A stretch of 64,000 nt of DNA from an uncultured virus (IMG/VR IMGVR_UViG_3300017963_000205) (IMGVR_UViG_3300017963_000205); one strand, 5' to 3'; numbered from the stretch's first letter, positions 30,425 through 40,559 are shown. Made by a program: numbers and translations. The notes: generated by a model from the letters alone, not told the origin.

Positions 30425-32284
30425 TCACTCCTGCGGCAACGTGCGGCGGAGCGCCTCCATGTCGGGCGGCGAGGACAGGCTCAGCTGCTGGGACGTCAGT
30501 TTGATCCCCTGGATCGAACTCAGGTCCGGGTAGCGCTTGGTCATGTGCCAGATAGCCACGCAGCCATAATTGAGCGCATGCGCGAAATCATCGGGGAGTT
30601 TGGGCTGCTTGCGCACGAGGTAGATATCGGCCCCCTTCGGCATCTCGTGCTTGTCTTCGAGCAGCGCCAGCAGATCGTGGGTGACGTTCTTGCTCGATTC
30701 GTACTCGGGCAGCCAGATCACGTTGCCCTTGATGCAGGTGGCCTGCAGCACCAGAGAGCGGGCCTTGTCCAGCGCGAAGTACCCGCGCATCTCACCGGCG
30801 TGCGGGGGCTTCCAGTGGACCATGTTCCGGGCGGTCGCCCGGACATACATGAAGTTGACGATGCGGTCGATCGGCAGGCCCGCCTGGATCATCAGGGTCT
30901 CGCGCACGCTTCCCGATCCGCCGTAGTCATGGGCGAAGTAGTGGCAGGCGCCCTCCTTGAACAACCGCAACAGTGCCCGGGCCTCTTCATCGTGGGTGAA
31001 CCCCGCGTGGAAGCGGACCGCGTAGGAACATCCGATTTTCCCGTCCGACCGGAGTCCGACCAGCGCAGCCGTGGTGAAGGAGACCTCGTCCTCCCCGCCG
31101 CCGCCCCAGTCGACTCCCAGCACCCTAACGTTACAACGTCGAAACTCGTCAATGCATTTCTCAAGGTCATTAACGCCCAAACGTGAAGCCTTCTTGATGT
31201 CCGTGATCGTGACCAGCTTGTTTCCAACGTCGCAGCTTTCACCAAGGACCTCATTGTAGAACCGCGCCTGATCGTAATTGTTCTTACCGTCACGCTTGTC
31301 AATCAGCTCGCCCCACTTCTCCGAATCCTCATAGTGCATGGGCATTATGGGCTGGGGGATGTGGTAAGCCTGAAACTTGGCCATATTCGCCTTGACCGTG
31401 TGATACCAGTGTCCCGCGCGCGCATTGATCGGGCGCTGGCATTTCGCACACACCAAGGTCTTTCTGCCGATCATTTTGAGAAGGTCTTCATGCACCGTGG
31501 CCATGTTCCACTTTCCGCACAAGCTGCACGGGATGACCCACTGGGCCTGGGAGGATTCCTCCCACAGCGCCTGGATGGTGTTGTCCAGTGTCTTCGGCGT
31601 ACCGGAGTAGAGGGACATCCGCAGCTTGGAGGCCGACATGCATTCGTGAATGATCGGAAGGAATTCGTAATCCAGATCCTGCACCTCGTCGTAGTCGATC
31701 CAATCACAACTGAGCCCCCGGACCCGATCGCAGTCCAAGAACGCAAAGCTGAAGAAAACCGAGGAACCGTTCGAGAAGGTCCGCTGGAGGACCTGTTTCG
31801 TACAACTTTCATCCGTCATGACGTTAACGATGGGACTTTTGGTCATGAAGGGGGCGAAGTAATTGGACGAAAGCCGGCGCAACTGCTCGAAGCGCGGCGT
31901 TATCACGAGCGTTGACAAATGCGGCTGACACGCCGCGCGCAGAATGCCGGAAGCCGCCAGTGAAGTCGATTTGCTGATCTGGCGGCCACACATGAACAGC
32001 ATCCGCCGGGGGAGCCGCAGTTTGAACAGCGGCTCCATTGCAAAATGATCCCTGAGCGAGTACGGCCGGCCTTTCAAGTTGAGCAGGCCCAGGATCGGCA
32101 CGAGCGTGTCGGGCCTGGTCTTGTAGAAGTCCACGAAGGTCTTGAGAGCGGTCAACTCGTCAACCGGCTGCCCGGCATTCATCTCTTCTCTGAGCCGGGC
32201 GATGTTCTTGTATGAGGTGAGTTCAGTATCAGAAGTGGAGGTCATCATGACCATTGTTGAGTTCTTCCGATCGTTGGCTGTCAT
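30425..32284 (-). CDS. Terminase large subunit, GpA-like (true start may be 32182)
   Basis: CGRQISKST Walker A-like, YDEVQD Walker B, GTPKT, C..C..C..C insert, NEVLG, GVDWGGG nuclease, PDDFAHA. Confidence 0.85.
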   Translation of the reverse strand: MTANDRKNSTMVMMTSTSDTELTSYKNIARLREEMNAGQPVDELTALKTFVDFYKTRPDTLVPILGLLNLKGRPYSLRDHFAMEPLFKLRLPRRMLFMCGRQISKSTSLAASGILRAACQPHLSTLVITPRFEQLRRLSSNYFAPFMTKSPIVNVMTDESCTKQVLQRTFSNGSSVFFSFAFLDCDRVRGLSCDWIDYDEVQDLDYEFLPIIHECMSASKLRMSLYSGTPKTLDNTIQALWEESSQAQWVIPCSLCGKWNMATVHEDLLKMIGRKTLVCAKCQRPINARAGHWYHTVKANMAKFQAYHIPQPIMPMHYEDSEKWGELIDKRDGKNNYDQARFYNEVLGESCDVGNKLVTITDIKKASRLGVNDLEKCIDEFRRCNVRVLGVDWGGGGEDEVSFTTAALVGLRSDGKIGCSYAVRFHAGFTHDEEARALLRLFKEGACHYFAHDYGGSGSVRETLMIQAGLPIDRIVNFMYVRATARNMVHWKPPHAGEMRGYFALDKARSLVLQATCIKGNVIWLPEYESSKNVTHDLLALLEDKHEMPKGADIYLVRKQPKLPDDFAHALNYGCVAIWHMTKRYPDLSSIQGIKLTSQQLSLSSPPDMEALRRTLPQE

Positions 32285-32652
32285 GCTCTTCTCAGCGCTT
32301 CAGACGCTGGTCGGCATGGTCGCCAAAGAGATTGGGGACCGCATGGCTGCCGGTCTTGCCTAATGAGTCCGGCGACCCTATAATGACACGTGGGTTTGGC
32401 GCCCGAACTCGACCGCGTGTTCATTATAGAGGTGACTGATGAACATATCCAGAAGTTCTGCAGGGTTCCTCGAACGTTCGCGCATCGTCGCGCCTCAGAG
32501 GCACCGATCAAAGTTCTTCGGCCACAATCTCTTATCGCATTTCAGACCCGTCGTCCCCCTCCCCTGTCTCGTGGAGGCGGACGGACCCGACGAACATGTC
32601 GTTGCCGTCCCCGACGAGGAACGGCAGCCCTACATTCCCGAAAAGACGGCAG

Positions 32653-33081
32653 ATGAGGTTTTCGGTGAGCTTGAGTGAATGTCTCATCGCTGCGGTGATC
32701 GTCGCGTTCGCCAACTGTGCGGTGATCGAGGCGGCTCGCCACGGCGAGATCTTCGCGCGCTTCCGGTCCTGGTTCGAAACCAAGGAAGGTTTCTTCCCGG
32801 CACTTTTCCTTTGCCCGTTCTGCCTCAGCTACTGGACACCATACGTTTTGCTGGTGTTGCTCTTGTGGCAGGACCTCCACGGATACCAGTTTCTCGCCCT
32901 CATACCGCTTTCCTTTGCCGTGACGCGGTTGTCCAACCTTCTCAACGACGTGCTGTATAAACACTGCCGCACGCCACGGGTGGAGAAAGATCTGCAAAGC
33001 GACGTTGATAGTCTTGATCTTCTTGCCCAAGGAGGTAATGATGACAGAGTCACGGAAGGAGGAAGCGAGCCCTCAGAATGA
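32653..33081 (+). CDS. Membrane protein with CPFCLSYW motif (DUF1360-like)
   Basis: LFLCPFCLSYW flanked by TM segments. Confidence 0.6.
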   Translation: MRFSVSLSECLIAAVIVAFANCAVIEAARHGEIFARFRSWFETKEGFFPALFLCPFCLSYWTPYVLLVLLLWQDLHGYQFLALIPLSFAVTRLSNLLNDVLYKHCRTPRVEKDLQSDVDSLDLLAQGGNDDRVTEGGSEPSE

Positions 33082-33385
33082 ACGCATAGACGAGAAAGCG
33101 TCCCGGTTGGCCCAGGCTGCCGCCGACAGCCTCTTGGAGATCCCGGAGGTCCGGTCCGTCACCATCGTGGTGGACTGGAGCTTTGAGAGCGATCTTCCCA
33201 ACGGCTGGTGGCGTCCGCGCAATCCCGGTCCCGCCGAACTGATTGCCATGCTCAAGGCGCTGACCAACTACATGGGACAGCTCGGCGTTATTCTCGGCAG
33301 CATGCTGGTGCGGCTCGGTTCCCAAGTGAAATCAGAAACAGGGAGCCCGTCATGCAGCGGTACTGGGAAGACGCCCGATCACTAG
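33038..33385 (+). CDS. Hypothetical protein
   Basis: AAGGAGGT RBS. Confidence 0.55.
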   Translation: MMTESRKEEASPQNERIDEKASRLAQAAADSLLEIPEVRSVTIVVDWSFESDLPNGWWRPRNPGPAELIAMLKALTNYMGQLGVILGSMLVRLGSQVKSETGSPSCSGTGKTPDH

Positions 33386-33828
33386 CCAACTTTCTCGGAT
33401 CGAGGCGCGTGGCGCTCACCAACGGGTGCTACGACATCATCCACGCCGGCCACATCAATTTTCTTTGCTGGCTCCAGCGCACGCTCGTCAGAGAGGGCCT
33501 TCGCGCCCCGATCACCGTGGCCATAAACAGTGACGCGTCGGTTGCGCGGCTGAAAGGGCCGTCGCGTCCCGTCCACACGGCAAGCAACCGGGGAATGGTG
33601 CTCCTGGCGCTGCGCATGGTCGACTTCGTGGTGGTCTTCGAAGAAGACACGCCGCTCGCATGCATCAAGACCCTCCGGCCCATCGCGCTGGCCAAGGGAG
33701 GCGATTACGCCGACAAGAAGATCGTCGGCGAGGAGTTCGTGCCTTCCATCGGGGGGCGCGTTTTTAAAGGCCCGTACATTCCAGGGCACTCCAGCACGGA
33801 GATCCTGAATCGATGCAAGGACACGTAA
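33352..33828 (+). CDS. RfaE/HldE domain II-like heptose-1-phosphate adenylyltransferase
   Basis: TNGCYDIIHAGH, AINSDASVARLKGPSRP, VDFVVVFEEDTP, KGGDY, SST. Confidence 0.9.
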   Translation: MQRYWEDARSLANFLGSRRVALTNGCYDIIHAGHINFLCWLQRTLVREGLRAPITVAINSDASVARLKGPSRPVHTASNRGMVLLALRMVDFVVVFEEDTPLACIKTLRPIALAKGGDYADKKIVGEEFVPSIGGRVFKGPYIPGHSSTEILNRCKDT

Positions 33829-34232
33829 GCAGCTGGTTGGAGTTAACCGATTCCACGCAGGTACGGGACGTCCACGCCGTTGTGGACGCCATCATGAAGC
33901 TCGTCACTCGGGACAACGACTTCGAGTTCCTGAATCTGACGGCGAACGAAAAGAAAGGTCACATCACACGCTACGAGGCCATTTACTGGGACAATCACCC
34001 GCCGGACTACCCCAAACTTCTCCGGCGCGTCTCCCGCAGGCTCTGGCCCGGGGAGTGGCTTCTCTTCGAGGAGAAGCGGTCCATGACGTTCTGCTACGAC
34101 TGCAGCACGCTCAGGTCCATGCTGGTGAGCAAGAATGAGGTTCGCGTGCTCAACGGCGAGCAGCTGGGACGGGTGATGCGCAGGGAGCTGGCCAGTGTGG
34201 GCGACCTTGAGGTAACCGTGCAGGAGCCCTGA
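33813..34232 (+). CDS. Hypothetical protein
   Basis: Operon-coupled ORF. Confidence 0.5.
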   Translation: MQGHVSSWLELTDSTQVRDVHAVVDAIMKLVTRDNDFEFLNLTANEKKGHITRYEAIYWDNHPPDYPKLLRRVSRRLWPGEWLLFEEKRSMTFCYDCSTLRSMLVSKNEVRVLNGEQLGRVMRRELASVGDLEVTVQEP

Positions 34233-35149
34233 TGGCTGCTCCGCTCATATGGACCCTTTCTCAGATCTGGCCGCAACACGGCGGGTTGATCGACAACCTG
34301 ACCGTGTGGCGAAAATCCCACGGCAAGACCCTTCCCCCCGCAATCAGCTTTGTCAAAAAGGCGCCCAGCACCGCGCGACAGCTGCGCGAGTACCACGAGC
34401 AGGACTGCCGGTACGCAGGGCGCGTGGGCCGGCACAGGGGCTGGCGGCATCTGGTCGGCAGCACGCTTCTGGCGCTCCAATACGTCTATCAGCACAAGGT
34501 CGTGGAGCTTTTTAAGAAGAAGCTGCTGCCGGAAACGATGACATGGCAGATGCTGAATTGCCAGCCGGCGGGGGGCCATTGGGTCGCCGACAGATACGAG
34601 GAGGGCTTCACGGGCACGCGCTGCGGTTCGCCGCTGTGTCCGTGGTGTTACCTGCGCGGGTTCGATGAGCATGTCACCCGGATTCGGGACATGTTCAATC
34701 CGAATCGCAAATTGCGGGACGTGACAGTGCACCTGTTGAAAATCTGTCCCTCGGCCGTGAAGACGCTGCAAGCGGCCGATCAACGCGTTCTCCAGATCTA
34801 TATCGGAGACCGTGTCAGGAAGAGGCTGAAGGCTCCCGCCTACCGGCTGATGGGGTTCCCGTACTTCATCAAGAAGGGCGGCGCCGTGACCTACAACGTG
34901 CGCGTCGGCTACTTCACCGCCGAGGCAATCACGTGGAAGGACAGCTGGTCGAGTGTCCGGGTCAACGGCACGTCGCGTAGCGTCCATTTCGAGCCGATCC
35001 CCGAAGTTTGGATCGACCACGCCGTGCGACACGTCTGGCCCTACCCTATTGACCTGCTCAGCGCGTCCTGTGAGACGATCGTCGAGTATCTGGTGTTCCG
35101 CAAGGGTAGACGGGATTTTGGTGTTGTAGGGGCCTCTAAAGCGAAATGA
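34232..35149 (+). CDS. Hypothetical basic protein with C..PLCPWC motif
   Basis: TGATG coupling; 305 aa. Confidence 0.55.
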   Translation: MAAPLIWTLSQIWPQHGGLIDNLTVWRKSHGKTLPPAISFVKKAPSTARQLREYHEQDCRYAGRVGRHRGWRHLVGSTLLALQYVYQHKVVELFKKKLLPETMTWQMLNCQPAGGHWVADRYEEGFTGTRCGSPLCPWCYLRGFDEHVTRIRDMFNPNRKLRDVTVHLLKICPSAVKTLQAADQRVLQIYIGDRVRKRLKAPAYRLMGFPYFIKKGGAVTYNVRVGYFTAEAITWKDSWSSVRVNGTSRSVHFEPIPEVWIDHAVRHVWPYPIDLLSASCETIVEYLVFRKGRRDFGVVGASKAK

Positions 35150-35580
35150 GCGCCCGTCGGTTCCACCGATCGGCGATCAGGCGTGGGGGGCTGTCCGCCC
35201 CCATGAGAAGGCTTTGTGAAGCCGAACTGGTTGTAGGCAGAATCCTGGACTTCGGGTGTGGACGAGGCGAGGACGCCGACATCGTCGGTGCCGAGAAGTA
35301 CGACAGCGTCTCGTTTCCCACCAAGCCCGAAGGCACATTCGACACCATAACGTGCACGTATGTCCTCAACACGATCTGGCTCCCTTGGGACCGTGCACAA
35401 GTTATCGAGGAGATCAGGGAGCTTTTGGCGCCTGGAGGCAAGTCGTACGTGACCGTGCGTCGTGACATCCGGGGGTGGAGGAAGACTTCATGGGGGTATC
35501 AAATCGAGGTGGTTCTCGATGAGCCGCGCCTGTGGAGAAACTGCAGATACGAGACCTACGTGATAGGGAGAGAGACATGA
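35146..35580 (+). CDS. Class I SAM-dependent methyltransferase
   Basis: ILDFGCGRGED, FDTITCTYVLN, LLAPGG. Confidence 0.85.
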   Translation: MSARRFHRSAIRRGGLSAPMRRLCEAELVVGRILDFGCGRGEDADIVGAEKYDSVSFPTKPEGTFDTITCTYVLNTIWLPWDRAQVIEEIRELLAPGGKSYVTVRRDIRGWRKTSWGYQIEVVLDEPRLWRNCRYETYVIGRET

Positions 35581-35924
35581 GCGAGAACACGACTGATTAC
35601 ATGACCATGCAGCAGGCCCTGATGGCAATCGGCCAGTACGTGGACGATACCAAGGCGGCAGAGAAGGCGGAAGCCAAGATCCTGAAGGCATACAACGCGG
35701 TGACCGTGCGGTTTCGGAACAACACGCTCACGTTGAACGGCGGGAAGCTCGTCGGGACGCGCCTGTCCAGCTTCTGGCGCACGAGTGCCGGGCGGATCAT
35801 CGCTGCGGAACGACCGAAGCATTACCGCTTCCGGGTGAACGGCAGGGTGAGGCAGACCCACTACGTGGTCAAGGCTGGCGACACCGTGGAAGTGATCAGG
35901 CCCTACAGCAGGAGGCACGCGTGA
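35577..35924 (+). CDS. Protein with C-terminal beta-grasp/ThiS-MoaD-like motif
   Basis: FRVNGRVRQTHYVVKAGDTVEVI; paralog of next gene. Confidence 0.55.
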   Translation: MSENTTDYMTMQQALMAIGQYVDDTKAAEKAEAKILKAYNAVTVRFRNNTLTLNGGKLVGTRLSSFWRTSAGRIIAAERPKHYRFRVNGRVRQTHYVVKAGDTVEVIRPYSRRHA

Positions 35925-36292
35925 GCATGGTAGATGGCGTGGCGATAGATCAGGCGCTGAGGGTTATCACTACCTACGTGAAAGACCTACAAGCGCAAGA
36001 GGAAGCGCGGATGGCCATGCTGAAGGATTACGGCGGCGTCCTGTTTAAGTTTCGGTTCAACATGATAACCATTCAGAGTCCGAAGCTCATCGGGGCGCCT
36101 TTAGCCAAGTTTGAGGCCATAGACGTCATACGAGAGTTTGCGAACTGCTCGCCGCTGGAGGAAGTTCGATTCTGGGTGAATGGGAGAAAACGAAGTCGCA
36201 GCTACAAGATCCGAGCTGGCGACACGATAGAGATGAAGCCGCTCAGAAGCAAAAAGAAACCGGTCCCACGCCGGAGCCGCTCGAACAGGTGA
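35921..36292 (+). CDS. Paralog of the previous gene
   Basis: QAL..I..YV.D and FWVNG...SYKIRAGDTIEM. Confidence 0.55.
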   Translation: MSMVDGVAIDQALRVITTYVKDLQAQEEARMAMLKDYGGVLFKFRFNMITIQSPKLIGAPLAKFEAIDVIREFANCSPLEEVRFWVNGRKRSRSYKIRAGDTIEMKPLRSKKKPVPRRSRSNR

Positions 36293-36341
36293 GCGGTGGG
36301 CGGCCAAATTCCTGTGGCGGGTTCGACTCCCACGGCGTGGG
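36266..36341 (+). ncRNA. tRNA-like element or degenerate tRNA
   Basis: CCACGCC/GGCGTGG acceptor stem, GCTC/GAGC D-stem, GGGTTCGACTCCC T-arm; poor anticodon arm, no CCA. Confidence 0.45.
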
Positions 36342-36359
36342 GCTTTTCAAGGAGATCTC

Positions 36360-36935
36360 ATGATTAAAGACTGGTGCATGCTCTGTACTCCGAGGACGGC
36401 GAGCACGTCGCTGTCGATCATGCTTGGCCTGCGGTCCCATCAGGGCAAGAAAGCCAACCCCGAAGAGCATTACTTCGGGCACGCGCCCGCGTGGTGGCTG
36501 GTCAGGCGTTTCGGCACCGAGCGGTGGAGGCGAATGTTTACCTTCGGGTTCGTTCGTAACCCGTGGGATCGTCTCGTGTCCATCTGTGCGCGCATCAACG
36601 CCGAGCAGCTGGATGATCAGACCCTGTTTATGGACTGGCTCCAGAACGACTGCCCGGACACGTCCGGCAGGCCGCATTACGTGTCCAAGGGCATGGCCAT
36701 GCACCGGCCCTGCAGTCACTTCATTCTTCCGTGCCGGTATGTCGGGCGGTTCGAGACGCTCCATAGGGATCTGATCTGGATCTGTCGGTTGCTCGAACGG
36801 GAGGTGCCGGAGGAGGTCTTCGAGGAGCGGCGGGCCCACCGGCCCTACCAGGAGATGTACAACGCGGAGGCCCGCCGCTGGGTTGAGGAGCGTTACGTGG
36901 AGGACATCCGCAACTTCGGATACACGTTCGATTAG
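36360..36935 (+). CDS. Sulfotransferase family 2 protein
   Basis: TPRTASTSL, FTFGFVRNPWDRLVS, YVGRFETL, Y.EDI..FGY.F. Confidence 0.85.
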   Translation: MIKDWCMLCTPRTASTSLSIMLGLRSHQGKKANPEEHYFGHAPAWWLVRRFGTERWRRMFTFGFVRNPWDRLVSICARINAEQLDDQTLFMDWLQNDCPDTSGRPHYVSKGMAMHRPCSHFILPCRYVGRFETLHRDLIWICRLLEREVPEEVFEERRAHRPYQEMYNAEARRWVEERYVEDIRNFGYTFD

Positions 36936-36943
36936 GAGAAATA

Positions 36944-38528
36944 ATGACCAACGAACCCAAACCCGCGCCGATTGACCCGCCGGCCTTTCCGTGGGTTCAC
37001 AGGCTCCCGCGCGGGTGCCCGATCTGGCTGACGAAGGAGGGGAAAGCCGGCGAGGTCAAATGGCCGTGGTATCCGCCGCAGCCGGACCGGTGGATCGGCA
37101 GCCTCGTGCTGCAACACCCTGAAAGCGTTCACATCTACGAGTGGTACGTGGACGACCACGGGTGCGGCATCGACGGAAGCCAGATCCTGCAGCCGTGCTT
37201 CGGGTGTCTGCCCGAAAAGGACTGCGGCCTCTGGATCGACGGCGACCGGCGGGCGCTTCACAACCTGCACGACGAAGTCGATGACCTGAAAAGGCGTGTG
37301 AAGTTTTTGGAGCACCTGATTTACACCTCTGGCATCAGAGGGTGGCAACAGCTACACAATCGTGTTGGAAGGCGAGAGCTGGCTCAGGCTGGACGGATAG
37401 CGGGCTTTGAACCTTCCAAGCCCGGCTGCGATTTGTGTGGAAGGCTCACGTGCAAAGGAGGGTGCTCCAAATGAAACTGCGAATCTCGGACAAGAAGCGC
37501 TTCGTGCTGCTGATGTTGTTGAAGAACATGACGGTGTCGGGCCTGTACGTCTATCAGCTGCAGAACGTTCTTGACCTGATCAAGAAGCTCGGCCCGGTGC
37601 CCGTCGTAACGCCGGCCGGAAAGAAGGTCACGTACAAGACGATTGAGATCACGACCGAGGAGGGCGACACGCTGGTCGTAGCGGCGCGCTACAGTCGGCT
37701 GAAGGACGAGTTCATCGAGTACCACCAGACTCTGTGGCGCTTCATCAAGAACCTGGAGCGCAGGCTGGGAAAGGAAACACTCATGGAGGCCGCGTGGCGT
37801 TACGCCGAGCAGCCGCCAGGCGGGAAGGAGGCAACATGAAGGTCCACATCGTCGTGATCGAGCATCGCCACGGGCACAACCACTATGCCTGTCAGACGGA
37901 GGAGTTGGCCAACAAGGTGGCGCAGGCATACGTGGAGAACAACTGGAAGTCCGAGATGCGCGATCGGGTCGGGAGAAAGGCACTTCCCATCCCGAAGGAC
38001 CCGGAAGTCATGGTTGAGAAATACTTCACCCACATGGAACAGCGCACCCAGCCAGAGTTTCTCTCGATCGAGAAGGTCGAGGTGATCCAGCGGGCCGAGC
38101 AGGTCCCGACCATGTTCTAGGAGGCCCCATGGCAGAGCGAAAGACAATCACTTTCAGTGAGTTGGACCGACTCTCGGTTTGTAACAGTAAGCGCTTGCCT
38201 CAGGCCGTTGAGATCGGTGGCCGGCGCATGCAGTGGGTTGGGATCGGCTGGATCGACGAAGGTCCGGCGAAGGGAACCGAGGTGCTGGTCGTGAACGAGG
38301 AGAACCAGGATGGGGAGAAGGAAAAAAGTGCGCCTCGTGTGCAGAAGCCCAGAAGCCGCCGAAGATGTAACGATGCGGTTGGCCCATTACGAGGCGCCAT
38401 GGTCGCTCGCCGGCGATCCAGACAAGCCCGCCAAGGAGTTCGTGGAAGTTGAAACCGATCTTCCCAATGCGGAGGCTATGATCGACGCCTTCCAAGGATC
38501 GGGGAAAATCCTGCGAGTTGCCAGATAG
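36944..38528 (+). other. Run of small hypothetical genes (36944..37474, 37471..37839, 37836..38120, 38129..38452, 38310..38528)
   Basis: Coupled ORFs with RBSs; no recognisable family; the last two overlap and are uncertain. Confidence 0.5.
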
Positions 38529-38691
38529 CTTATTAAGGGAACAATGTGGAATTGCACATAGTTCCAAGATCGGCCCTTCACAGATAGCTTATTAAGGAAA
38601 CAAAACGGAATTTGCACATAGTTGGGTAAATTATCGGGCTCACTGATAATTTGCGCCAACTCTTGATAAAATATTCCGTTTTGTTCCCTAA
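38522..38691. repeat. AT-rich iterated repeat: two ~42-bp direct copies plus a partial inverted copy
   Basis: CAGATAGCTTATTAAGGRAACAA...GGAATT(T)GCACATAGTT at 38522 and 38581; ATTCCGTTTTGTTCCCTAA at 38673. Confidence 0.85.
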
Positions 38692-38780
38692 AGGCCCTTA
38701 GGCCATTGGCCGTGCGGCCGGCCGTTCTCCCTTACGGTCGGCCTGGCCGCCCGCCCGGCCAGTTACAGGAGGAAATAGGA

Positions 38781-39323
38781 ATGAGTTCCGAAGTTCATCC
38801 CAAAACCTACGACCCTTTCACCCACCACATCCGACGCGACGATTGCGGCGAGTGGCAACTCGTCAAGAACGACACCCACGAAATCGTCGCAGGCGCCGAT
38901 GAGCCCGACGAACTCGGCGAGCCGGTGATTCCCTTTCGTCTGGTTGATTCAGCGAGCATCGAGCCCGACAAGACGGGAACGTTAAGAGTTGGCCAAGCGA
39001 TCGAGATCCAGGTCGACGGCTACGGCGACAAGTGCAGCGGGAAGAAGGGCACGCCGATCTTCGTCGAGCAGTACGAAGGCACGCTGCGTGTCGCGTTGTG
39101 GGCCGACATCAACCAGGAGGATTGCACCCACTCCGTCAACATGGAGGGCGCGAGCCTCAGCCTCTCGGCCATGTTGTTCGATGAGGACGAGCTTTACCCG
39201 AAGAAGGAATGGAAGGAGCAGATTGTCAACGACTACACGACCCTCAGCTACAAGGAGTGGGTCGAGCAGCAGCGTAGGGTTGGGGCAAACAACGGGATCA
39301 GAACCAGGAAAGGAACCGACTGA
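38781..39323 (+). CDS. Hypothetical phage protein
   Basis: AGGAGG RBS; IQVDGYGD...PIFVE...LWADINQED. Confidence 0.6.
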   Translation: MSSEVHPKTYDPFTHHIRRDDCGEWQLVKNDTHEIVAGADEPDELGEPVIPFRLVDSASIEPDKTGTLRVGQAIEIQVDGYGDKCSGKKGTPIFVEQYEGTLRVALWADINQEDCTHSVNMEGASLSLSAMLFDEDELYPKKEWKEQIVNDYTTLSYKEWVEQQRRVGANNGIRTRKGTD

Positions 39324-39694
39324 TGTTAGTAGAACTACATTTGCCACTTCCTACGGCAGAAGGGGGGCGTCTTTTCTTTCATCGGAAGTTGGAGATGTCG
39401 GTCATCCCTTCAAAAGGGGACCACATTGAGCTGGAGTACGATCTGGCGGTGACGGTTGACGAAGTTTCTCATTTACCAGATTTTGATCCTCCCAGAGTTG
39501 TGCTCCGCATAGGCGAACGCCACATCTGCGGCGGCGAACCTCCGGTGAATTTGGAGACCCTCCAATCAGACTGGCTGACGCACATGCAAAAACACGGCTG
39601 GCGAGTGTGTCTGGGGTTTTCAGAGTTTTCTGAAGGAAGTGCCCTTCGGGCATTTTTGGAAAGTCGTGGCGACCTCTTGGAGGCTAGCAGCTAA
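39323..39694 (+). CDS. Hypothetical protein
   Basis: TGATG coupling. Confidence 0.5.
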   Translation: MLVELHLPLPTAEGGRLFFHRKLEMSVIPSKGDHIELEYDLAVTVDEVSHLPDFDPPRVVLRIGERHICGGEPPVNLETLQSDWLTHMQKHGWRVCLGFSEFSEGSALRAFLESRGDLLEASS

Positions 39695-39834
39695 TGGCGC
39701 GCGGAAGCTGGGACGATTTCTCCGATAAGTGGCGGGACGACTTTTGGGGCTGGGGCCCCGACCACGACGGAGCAAACATGCTGGGCACGTTGTGGATGGA
39801 AATCCGTGATGAGATCAGGAAAGGAACCGATTGA
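39694..39834 (+). pseudogene. C-terminal fragment of a NADAR/YbiA-family protein (46 aa)
   Basis: WRDDFWGWGPDHDGANMLGTLWMEIRDEIR matches D..WG.G...G.N.LG..LM..R; not in ORF track. Confidence 0.65.
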
Positions 39835-40472
39835 TGGCCTGTTCAGAATGCGGCTGTGGCGGCAGCATGCATGCGGCCTGGTGCACGCACGCGAACGCCG
39901 TGAAGTTCAAGGAGGAGGCGCATAACCTCAAGCAGGAAAACAAACAACTGCGGCGCGAGCTGAAGCGGCAGGGGCTCAGCCCCACGGGCCGGAGACAGGA
40001 TTACGTGCCAAAGGCCCAGAACATCCCTCCGCCGAAGTACAATCGGGCGCGCTTCGTCATCAAGCGACAGGACGAAGCCATGATCGTGGCGATGATGTTG
40101 GTGTCCAGCTCACGCAGTTTCTCGCTCATGCCGCTGCCGAATGACGAGTGGGAGTTTGATGTGCGGAACGAGGACATGCTCCGCTTGATAAATAAGGTGA
40201 GCGCCATCACCGGCACGGAGGTGACTTTCCAAAAACACGAGGGCTGAACGATGAGCATACGGGAAGAGCGGGTGTTGACCGTCTTCACCACACCCAAGGA
40301 GCTGCGCGAGGCCGCCGACGCCCTGGAGAAGAAGTGTGAGGACAAGACGGAACTTTGGGGGAAGTCCACGGTGGCTTTCACGTGGGAGGATACTCAGGAA
40401 CTTGTCAAGATCCAGGTTGCTGCCGACCAGGACTCCCTGAACGGGCTGATTCCCAACAAACCCTGGACTTGA
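39834..40472 (+). other. Two small hypothetical genes (39834..40247, 40251..40472)
   Basis: Coupled ORFs. Confidence 0.5.
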
Positions 40473-40543
40473 GGCACGAGGGCAGCGGCGCCTGAAAGCA
40501 CAGCGGTGGACGTGCTTGGTCGGTTCGATCCCGGCTCGTGCCA
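40473..40543 (+). ncRNA. tRNA-like element with non-canonical middle arms
   Basis: GGCACGA/TCGTGCC acceptor, GTCGG-TTCGATC-CCGGC T-arm, AAGCAC/GTGCTT stem with 10-nt loop. Confidence 0.5.
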
Positions 40544-40559
40544 TCAGAAAGGAAAGAAG

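Noticed and set aside
38522..38623. Mini CRISPR array for the RAMP protein
   Set aside because: Only two imperfect 42-43 bp copies with a 17-bp gap, plus an inverted copy; fits iterons better
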